Source: Candidatus Woesearchaeota archaeon (lineage in GTDB: Archaea; Nanobdellota; Nanobdellia; Woesearchaeales; CG1-02-33-12). Taken from it: DNA of 47,512 nt. Under the pieces are notes generated by a model. That model had not been told where the DNA came from and did no database searches. It worked only from the letters and a program-made list of their open reading frames with translations. The translations under genes were made by a program, and so were the position numbers. Shown piece by piece: positions 20,345 through 28,557 of this stretch. Every line of letters starts with the position of its first letter. The stretch's first letter is position 1. The stretch lies in assembly GCA_017610275.1 (NCBI GenBank), contig JAFCCI010000001.1:1-47512 (forward strand). Direction: 5' to 3'.

Positions 20345-20890
20345 TTACCTGTATTTATCCAGTAATTTATTATCCTGTTCTATTTTCTTTAACCTGTTGT
20401 AATTAAACTGCCATAACTTAAATGCATCTTCGTTTCCCTCAATTTTACCAGGTAGAACATTTAATTCTCCGGCTAGTTCGTTTTTAAGACTGGTAGTACT
20501 TGTTGCAGCTTCTATTTTATTATAAACTCCCATTGTAAGCTTTTTTGTTAAGTCATCCATTGTATTTGTGTAAATAGATGCTGCTGTACTCACATCTTGG
20601 GTAATTGATTTATAGTGTTCGTCTGTGAATCCTCCTGGATTTAGGAGAATTGGTGTAAATTCATTATGTCTCTCTATTGAGCCTCCTGCAAGTTTGATGG
20701 CTTCTTCATTTATTTTGTTTGTATAATTTTTAGCAGCTGTCTTTTTTCCTTCTTCAGTTAAATTAGTCCATTTTCTATCTCTTACATTAGCTACAGCATC
20801 TACAAGAGTTTTTGTTGCTAAAACATATGTATTTTGTTTTAAATCTTCAACTTTTTTATATGATTCATTTAAATCCGCTATACTTACCAT
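20345..20890 (-). CDS. hypothetical protein
   Basis: 181-aa ORF with GGAGG SD upstream. Confidence 0.7.
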   Translation of the reverse strand: MVSIADLNESYKKVEDLKQNTYVLATKTLVDAVANVRDRKWTNLTEEGKKTAAKNYTNKINEEAIKLAGGSIERHNEFTPILLNPGGFTDEHYKSITQDVSTAASIYTNTMDDLTKKLTMGVYNKIEAATSTTSLKNELAGELNVLPGKIEGNEDAFKLWQFNYNRLKKIEQDNKLLDKYR

Positions 20891-21049
20891 TTTTGCCTCC
20901 TTCTTTTTATTTTATTGTTTTATATATTAAACTATCTTATATATGATGTAAATAGTATAACTACTATATAAATGTTTCGTTTTTGTTATCACAATTGAGT
21001 AACAACATTAATATTATTGTGGCTTGTTTAGTCACTTACTCACCAAGAA

Positions 21050-22552
21050 TTAGTTAACTTGTTTAATAATAATACCATCTGTTTTTTTGAGAACATTGAC
21101 AGCATAGCTTAGCTTTTGCTTGTTTTTAGCATGGATTGTAAATATTTTATCCCCTTTCTTGACAGAATCCTTAACATGCTTATGCAGATAAATTCCTGCG
21201 ATCTTATCAAGTGGAGCACCTGCAGCCTTTGCTATTTTTGAGATTGATTCATTGTCTATATGAACAATAAGCCCTGATTTATTTGCTTTAAAGTTATATG
21301 CAAATTTTCCTATTTTTATATCATCAGCTTTTATCTTTTTGCCGCCCTGTGCTTTAATGATTTCTATCATTTTTTTGTAAGCAGATCCAGATTCAAGTAT
21401 TTTCATTGCCTTTTTAGCGCCAGTTCCTTTTTTTGCTTTTCCTCCTATCTCAAGAAGAAGCCCTGCCATTTTAACTGATTTTTCCCTTAAATCAAGAGGC
21501 TGCCTTAAATCATTTTCCAAAACCCGCATAACATCCCTTGCTTCCAGTGCCGGGCCTATCCCATTTCCTATTGGCTGAGAGCCATCTGTGATTACAACCC
21601 TGATTTTTATTCCAAGCTTTTTTGATATTGCCTCAAAAAGCCTTTTAAAATGAAGTGCCCTTTTTCTATTTTCTATTTTTGCCCCTTTACCAACAGGTAT
21701 ATCAACAAGCAGGTGTGTTGCAGAAACAGATTTTTTCTTTGCCAAAATGCTGGCCAAAAGCTGGCCCTCTGGATCAAGGGATACAGGATGCTCTATTCTT
21801 ATTATTTTATCATCTGCAGGCGCGAGGTTAACAGAGCCGCCCCATACAAGGCAGGCATTTGTTTTTCTAACAATATTTTTTATTTCTTTGATTGAAAAGC
21901 ATACACTGCATAGCACTTCCATTGTGTCAGCTGTTCCTGCAGGGCTTGTTATGCTCCTTGACGATGTTTTTGGAATTATTAAGCCAGCTGTAGCGATTAT
22001 AGGCACAACAACCATTGTTGTCCTGTTTCCAGCAACCCCCCCAATACAGTGCTTGTCCATTACAGGATGTTTATTAAATTTTAATATATCTCCTGTGCTG
22101 ACCATTGCTTTTGTCAGTGAGACACTCTCATCAATATCAAGTTCATGCATGTAGCAGGCAGAAACAAAATATGTTATCTCTATCTCACTTAATTTATTTT
22201 TGATAATATCATCAATGATCTGATAAAATTCTTCATAACTAAGTTTTTTGCCTTTTAATTTTTTCTTAATATACTGTATGGAAACAGGCTTTTCAACAAG
22301 AGATACATCAACGAAATTGCCTGATTTTACATTTAGCTTGGTTAGAACCTCTTCATATAACCCTATCTGGCCGCCTGGAACTGTTTTTTTGGACTCAGAA
22401 ATATCTATTATTGCAATAACACTCTTATTTCCCTTTTTAATTTTGACCCTGTCTCCATGGTGAATATCAAGCTTCAGTGCGTCAATCTCATTCATTACTG
22501 CCACAAGAGGCCAGCCTGTTGCAATATCAATATCCTTAACTTTTAGTCTCAT
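21050..22552 (-). CDS. AMP phosphorylase (thymidine phosphorylase family)
   Basis: N-terminal extra domain, DKHCIGGVAGNRTT, KTSSRSITSPAGTAD, GIGPALEA. Confidence 0.93.
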   Translation of the reverse strand: MRLKVKDIDIATGWPLVAVMNEIDALKLDIHHGDRVKIKKGNKSVIAIIDISESKKTVPGGQIGLYEEVLTKLNVKSGNFVDVSLVEKPVSIQYIKKKLKGKKLSYEEFYQIIDDIIKNKLSEIEITYFVSACYMHELDIDESVSLTKAMVSTGDILKFNKHPVMDKHCIGGVAGNRTTMVVVPIIATAGLIIPKTSSRSITSPAGTADTMEVLCSVCFSIKEIKNIVRKTNACLVWGGSVNLAPADDKIIRIEHPVSLDPEGQLLASILAKKKSVSATHLLVDIPVGKGAKIENRKRALHFKRLFEAISKKLGIKIRVVITDGSQPIGNGIGPALEARDVMRVLENDLRQPLDLREKSVKMAGLLLEIGGKAKKGTGAKKAMKILESGSAYKKMIEIIKAQGGKKIKADDIKIGKFAYNFKANKSGLIVHIDNESISKIAKAAGAPLDKIAGIYLHKHVKDSVKKGDKIFTIHAKNKQKLSYAVNVLKKTDGIIIKQVN

Positions 22553-22555
22553 TTT

Positions 22556-23617
22556 CTAGATAATCTCTGTTTTATAGATTTCAGCAAATGTCAAAAATAG
22601 TGATAGTATCAAGGGACCTACAACAATTCCTATAACCCCCAACATTAATAATCCACCTAAAACACCAATCAATATTACTGTAGGATGGATTCTTGCCATA
22701 TCCCCAATGATTTTGGGCTTTATTAAATTGTCAATTGATGCAACTATAACAAAGCCATAAACAAGCAGTCCTACTCCCATTATAGTTATTGAAGCAGTAT
22801 TAGTTGTCAGACCATCAATTAATTTTAACACACCAAGGGGAAACCATACTACCGGAGCTCCAATAAATGGAATCATACATGCAATTAACATAATAACGCC
22901 CCACACTAAAGGTGATTTAACTCCAAATATATACAGGCCCAATACACCAACCATACCCTGGATTAATGCTGTTATGAAATGGCCATAAACAACAGCATGT
23001 GTAACACTGCCAAATTTTATTATTATCTTATTTTGATGATTCTTTTTTAATGGAATAAAATATTTTATTTTTTTGACCATTAATTCTCCATCTCTTAACA
23101 TGAAAAAGATTAAAAATATCATAACAAAAAAGCTCAGTATTCTTTTTGGTATTGTAAATAGGAAGTTTGATAATGAACTTATTATAGTGTTTGTGATATT
23201 GTCGATGGAAGAACTAATTTGCGGTTTCTCTGCTATATCAACCAGGAAAGAGTTTAATTTCCACAGAACACTAGAATCAGGACCTATGCCAATTATATTT
23301 CCCTCTGCAATCCTTTGTTTTGAATTAATATAAACAGTCGTTACTTCTCTTGTAAGTGAATTTACAATAAAAAAAATGGGTGTAATTATTAAAATTAGGA
23401 TAAGGATCATTATAATTATAGCAGAAAGGTTTTTTCTCTTGGTTTTTTTATTGACCCATTTGTATAATGGATAGAATATATATGAAATTATGATGCTGGT
23501 TAATATTGGGATTATAAATGGTTTGATAACCAGGAAAACCATATAAGTAGCTATAACAAAGAATAGTAAGACAAAATATTTTGAAAATTCCTCTTTTATT
23601 TTTCTGATATTATTCAC
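22556..23617 (-). CDS. AI-2E (PerM/UPF0118) family transporter
   Basis: Multi-TM; FFMLRDG, IPFIGA, DNLIKP, IHP..GVLGG..GIVVGP. Confidence 0.9.
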   Translation of the reverse strand: MNNIRKIKEEFSKYFVLLFFVIATYMVFLVIKPFIIPILTSIIISYIFYPLYKWVNKKTKRKNLSAIIIMILILILIITPIFFIVNSLTREVTTVYINSKQRIAEGNIIGIGPDSSVLWKLNSFLVDIAEKPQISSSIDNITNTIISSLSNFLFTIPKRILSFFVMIFLIFFMLRDGELMVKKIKYFIPLKKNHQNKIIIKFGSVTHAVVYGHFITALIQGMVGVLGLYIFGVKSPLVWGVIMLIACMIPFIGAPVVWFPLGVLKLIDGLTTNTASITIMGVGLLVYGFVIVASIDNLIKPKIIGDMARIHPTVILIGVLGGLLMLGVIGIVVGPLILSLFLTFAEIYKTEII

Positions 23618-23621
23618 CTCT

Positions 23622-23713
23622 CAAATGGTTACGCTCATTTGATACGCAAAGAGCGACATTCAATTGCACTGCAATTGAAGTCCCTCATGCTCGCTTCGCT
23701 CGTAAACAAATTG
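23622..23713 (+). repeat. free-standing copy of the tRNA T-loop intron element (possible MITE/REP-like element)
   Basis: 23622-23649 is the exact reverse complement of 37607-37634 (28 nt); GCTCGCTTCGCTCGTAA (23689-23705) matches the Val intron. Confidence 0.8.
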
Positions 23714-23733
23714 CTGTGATGGGCCCACCCGGA

Positions 23734-23823
23734 CTTTCAAAGCACTTGCGAGCGAAGCGAGCTCGGTGGGCTTGAATTTTTAATTCAATGCCCGCCATGC
23801 GTGCCAGCTTAACAAGAAGCTGT
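23734..23823 (-). other. 90-nt non-canonical tRNA intron at 59/60
   Basis: BHB-like: TTCG/TGAA central helix, AAA and AGT bulges. Confidence 0.85.
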
Positions 23824-23845
23824 TTCGAACCGGGGATATTCACCA

Positions 23846-23862
23846 TTTTGATTTTTTAAAAT
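23846..23862 (-). other. 17-nt canonical tRNA intron at 37/38
   Basis: BHB: TTGA/TCAA helix, CGA and AAT bulges. Confidence 0.88.
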
Positions 23863-23925
23863 CGTCAAGGTGATATCATAGCCACTAGATCACAGGCCCA
23901 ATTAAGAATATAAGATTAGAATTAA

Positions 23926-23933
23926 TATTTAAA
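23926..23933 (-). promoter_or_regulatory. TATA box of tRNA-Val
   Basis: TTTAAATA on minus strand ~27 nt upstream of the tRNA 5' end. Confidence 0.6.
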
Positions 23934-24012
23934 TGTTGTGGAAACAGATTTTTTAAAAAAATCTGGGCGATTCCTAGTCTTCGACCGGAATCCCCTGAAA
24001 ATTATCTAGAAA

Positions 24013-24085
24013 AGCCCCGAGCGAGAGTTGAACTCGCGACCTCCACCTTACCAAGGTGGCGCTATAGCCACTAAGCCACCGGGGC
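24013..24085 (-). tRNA. tRNA-Thr(GGT), intronless
   Basis: GCCCCGG acceptor, CCACC-TTGGTAA-GGTGG anticodon arm, GCGAG-TTCAACT-CTCGC T arm. Confidence 0.95.
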
Positions 24086-24104
24086 ATTAATAAAATTTAT
24101 GTAA

Positions 24105-25241
24105 TTATAATATATCTTTACTTTCGTCATCATCTTCGTAACCGCCGTAATCCATAACTTCTATGTCATTATCTTCAATTTCTTCTTTCTTTTTCTTATT
24201 CTCTTCAAATGAGACATAGTCTGAAACTGTATTAACTGGTTTGGCCTGCTTTACGCGCTTATATTTCTTTTTGTTGTTCTTTTTAGGTTTAGGTTTCTTT
24301 TTTTTAATTTCTTCATCCCTCCCAACATCCTTTTTATGATAATTTGCTTCATCTTTTTCAGGTTTTTCTTGTTTAGGTTCTTGAGCAAGTTCCCTAATTT
24401 CCTTACTCTCTTTATCTTTTTCAGGCTGATCTTCTTTTAATTCCCTAAAAGATTCTTCAATCCTTTTATTCTCTTTATCCAGTTTTTCTTTTTTATGTTC
24501 TTCTTCCTTATCTGTTTCTTCTTTTTTAGGAGGTTCTTCCTCTTCACCAAATCCAGCAGTCATATCTATGTAATCCTCTTCTTCATGCCTTTGTTTTCTT
24601 CCTATGAATAAAAACAATAAAACAACAGCCAAAACAATAAATCCAAATGTTAATATAATATTCCACCAATTAATAACAATTATTTTCTTTGGCTCTATTA
24701 CAGCACATGAATGATTGACTGCAGTTTCATTAGGATTACATTCCAGTTTCCTGCATTTGTAAATACTGAATGTATTGCAATATTCATCATTCTCACACTC
24801 AGAATCCTCTTTGCATTCAATCTCTGATAATGGAATAACTGTAAGGCTATTTACTGTCTTGCCGCATATTTCAAAAATTTCTTCTGGATTACTAACATAA
24901 GACATCTTAAAACATGAAACATAATAAAATGTATAGCCTTTTGTTGGAGCTTTAACCAAACTTGTGAAGTTAAAGCTACGAACATCATCTGGACCTAAAA
25001 CTACCTTTTCACCAAGGTCAAATCCAAGAATAACACCATAATCCTTGTCTTTTATGTATACATCACCCACATTAATGCTTTTATTAATATTATTGTATAT
25101 GTTTACAGTGAAATCTATTTCTGTGCCTTCCATACAGTTTCTTTCCCTGCATTTATAGCTTGAGTCTATAGATGCTGTTACAAGGAGAGTATTAATTAAA
25201 AAAATTAATACAATAATTTGTAATGTTTTTGTTTTTATCAT
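24105..25241 (-). CDS. single-pass surface protein with Cys-rich extracellular part and charged cytoplasmic tail
   Basis: Signal peptide, beta-rich domain, CKEDSECENDEYC..C..C..C, TM helix, E/K-rich tail. ORF-track start lies inside tRNA-Leu, so start moved to ATG 25241 (GGTGA SD). Confidence 0.75.
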   Translation of the reverse strand: MIKTKTLQIIVLIFLINTLLVTASIDSSYKCRERNCMEGTEIDFTVNIYNNINKSINVGDVYIKDKDYGVILGFDLGEKVVLGPDDVRSFNFTSLVKAPTKGYTFYYVSCFKMSYVSNPEEIFEICGKTVNSLTVIPLSEIECKEDSECENDEYCNTFSIYKCRKLECNPNETAVNHSCAVIEPKKIIVINWWNIILTFGFIVLAVVLLFLFIGRKQRHEEEDYIDMTAGFGEEEEPPKKEETDKEEEHKKEKLDKENKRIEESFRELKEDQPEKDKESKEIRELAQEPKQEKPEKDEANYHKKDVGRDEEIKKKKPKPKKNNKKKYKRVKQAKPVNTVSDYVSFEENKKKKEEIEDNDIEVMDYGGYEDDDESKDIL

Positions 25242-25261
25242 TTTTATCACCATATTTATGA

Positions 25262-25372
25262 TGCGGGGGATGGGATTCGAACCCACGGACTCACTAAGAG
25301 ACAGGATTTCTGCCTTATAACCATTATTTAGTCTTAAGTCCTGCGCATTTGACCAGACTTTGCTACCCCCGC
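25262..25372 (-). tRNA. tRNA-Leu(TAA) with 25-nt intron at 37/38 (25308-25332)
   Basis: GCGGGGG acceptor, CAGGA-CTTAAG[intron]A-TCCTG, long variable arm, GTTCGAATC T loop, discriminator A. Confidence 0.92.
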
Positions 25373-25400
25373 AGGATAGATAGAACAGAAAAATAGAATA

Positions 25401-25408
25401 TATTTAAA
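25401..25408 (-). promoter_or_regulatory. TATA box of tRNA-Leu
   Basis: TTTAAATA on minus strand ~29 nt upstream of the tRNA. Confidence 0.55.
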
Positions 25409-25413
25409 GGTTT

Positions 25414-25977
25414 CTAAAGCTTTTTGGATGCACACCTTGTGCAAAGAAATGAGCCCTCAATTTCTCTTAGGTTTGTTGATGGAAAACCGCAAGCTTCACA
25501 TATACCATCTGATATTGGTCCGCCAAAAATAGGTTTTCTTGCTTCTTCTCTTAATTCAAACTTCTCAACCATTAGCTCAAACAGCTCTGGCTGTATTTTA
25601 AGTATATCTTTTAGTGTAAGCAAGCCAACCATCTCTTTTTTGTTCATAACAGGAAGGTGTCTTACATCGCTGTCCTTCATCTTTTTGAGAGCATCATAAA
25701 TATCTTTTTCAGGGTTGATTGTTATGACTTTTTTTATCATCACTTCTTCAGCCTTTAATTCTTTAGGATTTAGTTTTTTTGCAATAACCCTTCTTACAAT
25801 ATCCCTGTCAGACAATATGCCAAGAAGTTGAGAATCCTTTGTTATAACAAGACTTCCTATGTGATTGTCCCTCATCTTTAAAGCACATTCTTCAATAGAA
25901 GTTTCTGGTGAAACAGAAACAGGCTTTTTTGTCATGGCATCACATATCTTATAACCTGTCTTATAGTTTAATCTCAT
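25414..25977 (-). CDS. CBS-pair protein with C-terminal Zn ribbon
   Basis: Two CBS domains (IGSLVI..GILSDRDI; VRHLPV..GLLTLKDI); GICEACG...LCTRC. Confidence 0.9.
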   Translation of the reverse strand: MRLNYKTGYKICDAMTKKPVSVSPETSIEECALKMRDNHIGSLVITKDSQLLGILSDRDIVRRVIAKKLNPKELKAEEVMIKKVITINPEKDIYDALKKMKDSDVRHLPVMNKKEMVGLLTLKDILKIQPELFELMVEKFELREEARKPIFGGPISDGICEACGFPSTNLREIEGSFLCTRCASKKL

Positions 25978-26071
25978 ATAAACCCCCAATATTAATATAA
26001 TATCTTTCTAGTTAATAAACTTAAGTAAAATAGAAAATATATAATCCAGAGTATAATTAAAAAAGATTAAA

Positions 26072-27916
26072 TCAGTAGTTAATCAATATCTCTACATTCT
26101 TGCCAAAGATTTTTTTCATGTCTTCAAATATTGGCTCTTTTATAAAAACCTTTGACAGAATCTCTATCTTTGATAGCTCTTTCTCAAGCTCTTCAAGAGA
26201 ACTCTTAGTGATTCTTCCTAAGCCGCCGTTAGACATTATTTCTGCCTTAGTAATCTTTTTTTCCTCCTTGTCAATATCATGTGTAATATAAGCCTTTTTT
26301 CCAAGCAAAAGAACTTCTCCATATTTGTCTCCGTATTTTACTCTTATCTTTGTTCTTTCAACATCAATGCCCCTTTTTCTTTGAATATGCTCTATCATAA
26401 ACCTAATAAATTCCTGAGAGCTTTTTTTAACCTTCTCAATCTCTGCCTTTGTCAGTTTTTTGTTGTCATAGTCTTTCTTTGCCTTCATTATGGCATGCAG
26501 TATTCTTAGGAACTTTGCAGGAATCTTTCCTTTGCTTATTACTTCATTCTCAAATATTTTTACTATTTCCGAATCACTGGCTTTTTCTATTCCCTCTAGC
26601 TTAAGGATATCTCTTATAACTGTAAGAACTGTGTCATAAACATGAAGCATTGATTCTTCTTCTCTTATTTTTTCTATCTGACTGAACAATTTCTTTATTC
26701 TTTTAAGATAGTCTTCTGCGTTCCCTAATAATAAATCTACTTCTTTGCCGCTAAGTTCCTTGTCTTTTCCATGCTCAAGATCCTTTCTGACTTGTATGTT
26801 GTTTTCAAGTATTTTTACATACTTATCCTCCAGCATTTTTTCTTTTTTTACAAAAAGATGCCTCATCAATTCAGGAGTTTCCTTTGGTGTTGGAGGCGGA
26901 ACACCATAAAGCATAAGCGCTGCCTGGCTTGGTGTTAAGATAGCCCAGAACGTGTCTTCCATTCCCAAATCCCTTATCTTAGACTTTACATGCTTTAGCA
27001 TCTGCTCACCGCTGTTCATGTACATATCGATTGCTTCTGCAGATGGCTTTATCTTGCCCATTTTCAACAGCTGCTTCCAAGGCATAAATATTCCCCTGTC
27101 ATAGAATGGAACTCCATCCCTCAAAAAAGTGAATATTATTGGGTTGGCTTCTTTTATGTTATCCCAAAAGTCTGTAAGTATATACACCTGAATATTCAAC
27201 TTGTTCTTGATTCCTGTAATTTCGCCAGCTTCCATTCCCATTGTTATTATTATTGCCCTTAGCTTGTCTTTCAGCTCTGCCCTTGTCATTTTTTTGACAT
27301 CTGTGTCATCTACAACAATAAAAACATCAATATCTGACTCAGCTGTTGACTTTCCCTGCACAAGAGAGCCTGCAAGTACATAGCTTACAATATATTTCTC
27401 AAACTTCTTAATTACCATTGACTTATGAATCTCAGCTATCTTTATGGCAGACAGCATTCCAGTATCATAAACAGGGGCAGACATTGCAATAAGCTCTAAT
27501 AATTCATATTTTGCATCATAGCAGCTCTGCCATAGTTCAGAAAGAATAATTGTCTGCGGAGCAAGGTTTTTATCAACTTCCTTTGCCATTTCTTCTATTA
27601 TTGATGAGAGTTTTGTTTTTAGCTCATCCTTAGACATCTTCTTGCTGTCAGAATCATCAACTAAAACAAGAACATTAATCTGCTCACTTGGTTTTTCATC
27701 TTTTTCTGGCTTTTTTGGCGGCAGAAGCGCAATGCCGGTTATATAATTTTCAAACTTTTTCAGAATTAGTTTTTGAAATTTATCAAGCTTTGACTTGATT
27801 GCCTTTAGTTTTTTCTGGGCATCTTTTGGAAGCTTTGACTTAATTTCCTTGAACTGGTCATTTTCCTTTGATTTTGTATTTTTAGTATTATTTTTTTTAT
27901 TTTGTTTTTTGGCCAT
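26072..27916 (-). CDS. Pol-beta-type nucleotidyltransferase-domain protein with internal duplication and HEPN-like helical region
   Basis: AGSLVQG..SDIDVFIVVDD motif; degenerate N-terminal copy; RKDLEH (Rx4H). Confidence 0.8.
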   Translation of the reverse strand: MAKKQNKKNNTKNTKSKENDQFKEIKSKLPKDAQKKLKAIKSKLDKFQKLILKKFENYITGIALLPPKKPEKDEKPSEQINVLVLVDDSDSKKMSKDELKTKLSSIIEEMAKEVDKNLAPQTIILSELWQSCYDAKYELLELIAMSAPVYDTGMLSAIKIAEIHKSMVIKKFEKYIVSYVLAGSLVQGKSTAESDIDVFIVVDDTDVKKMTRAELKDKLRAIIITMGMEAGEITGIKNKLNIQVYILTDFWDNIKEANPIIFTFLRDGVPFYDRGIFMPWKQLLKMGKIKPSAEAIDMYMNSGEQMLKHVKSKIRDLGMEDTFWAILTPSQAALMLYGVPPPTPKETPELMRHLFVKKEKMLEDKYVKILENNIQVRKDLEHGKDKELSGKEVDLLLGNAEDYLKRIKKLFSQIEKIREEESMLHVYDTVLTVIRDILKLEGIEKASDSEIVKIFENEVISKGKIPAKFLRILHAIMKAKKDYDNKKLTKAEIEKVKKSSQEFIRFMIEHIQRKRGIDVERTKIRVKYGDKYGEVLLLGKKAYITHDIDKEEKKITKAEIMSNGGLGRITKSSLEELEKELSKIEILSKVFIKEPIFEDMKKIFGKNVEILINY

Positions 27917-28051
27917 ATTATCCACCTGCTTGCTTTAATTATAAGATTAACTAAAATAAGATTATTATCAGGCATATATAAATCTTTTTAAAAAACTTCG
28001 GAGATTTTTCGGAATATGTATATTTAAATTAACTCCTTTTCAAAGAAAAAA

Positions 28052-28546
28052 CTATTCTATTATGCCATGCTCTGAGTCATCTTCTACTCCCAAGAATTTA
28101 ATAGAAGGAAATCCTTTTTTATGGTCTTCCCACATTTCTTCAATTATAACAGAAGGAAAAACCTTGATATTATTAAGCTCTTTTTTTGAAAAGAATTTTA
28201 CTTGCTTAATATAATTCTCATCTTCTCCTTTTCCAATAATTCCTTTAATAGATATTCTTCCTTTGTGGCTTAAGGAATTTATAAATATCTCAATATTATT
28301 AGCCTTCTGCTGATGAAAAATTAATTGCCTTATATAAGCAATTTTATCTAATTTTACATTTAGGTTTGTTTCCTCTTTTACCTCTCTTTTCCCGCACTCA
28401 AAAATAGATTCAGTTTCTTTTAATCCACCGCCTGGTGGCACCCACCAGGTAAACCCTGTTACAGGGTCAACATGCTTAACTAATAATATCTTATTATTTT
28501 CAAAGATTAAAACACCAACCCTTATTCTGTTTTTCAGTTTAACCAC
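28052..28546 (-). CDS. NUDIX hydrolase
   Basis: GGGLKETESIFECGKREVKEETNL. Confidence 0.9.
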   Translation of the reverse strand: MVKLKNRIRVGVLIFENNKILLVKHVDPVTGFTWWVPPGGGLKETESIFECGKREVKEETNLNVKLDKIAYIRQLIFHQQKANNIEIFINSLSHKGRISIKGIIGKGEDENYIKQVKFFSKKELNNIKVFPSVIIEEMWEDHKKGFPSIKFLGVEDDSEHGIIE

Positions 28547-28557
28547 CTTTTATTAAA

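Larger units (their letters stand above)
23720..23899 (-). tRNA. tRNA-Val(GAC) with two introns (37/38: 23846-23862; 59/60: 23734-23823)
   Basis: GGGCCTG/TGGGCCC-A acceptor, TCACC-TTGACGT-GGTGA anticodon arm and CCCGG-TTCGAAT-CCGGG T arm after removing both introns. Confidence 0.9.

Noticed and set aside
23734..23823. Group I/II intron or C/D guide RNA inside the tRNA
   Set aside because: Too short for a self-splicing core, no ORF, no clear C/D boxes; BHB junctions explain removal.
23720..23899. Split or permuted tRNA
   Set aside because: All exons are colinear on one strand and join by cis-splicing.
25242..25286. ORF-track N-terminal extension MGSNPIPRI
   Set aside because: It is the tRNA-Leu T arm read as codons.
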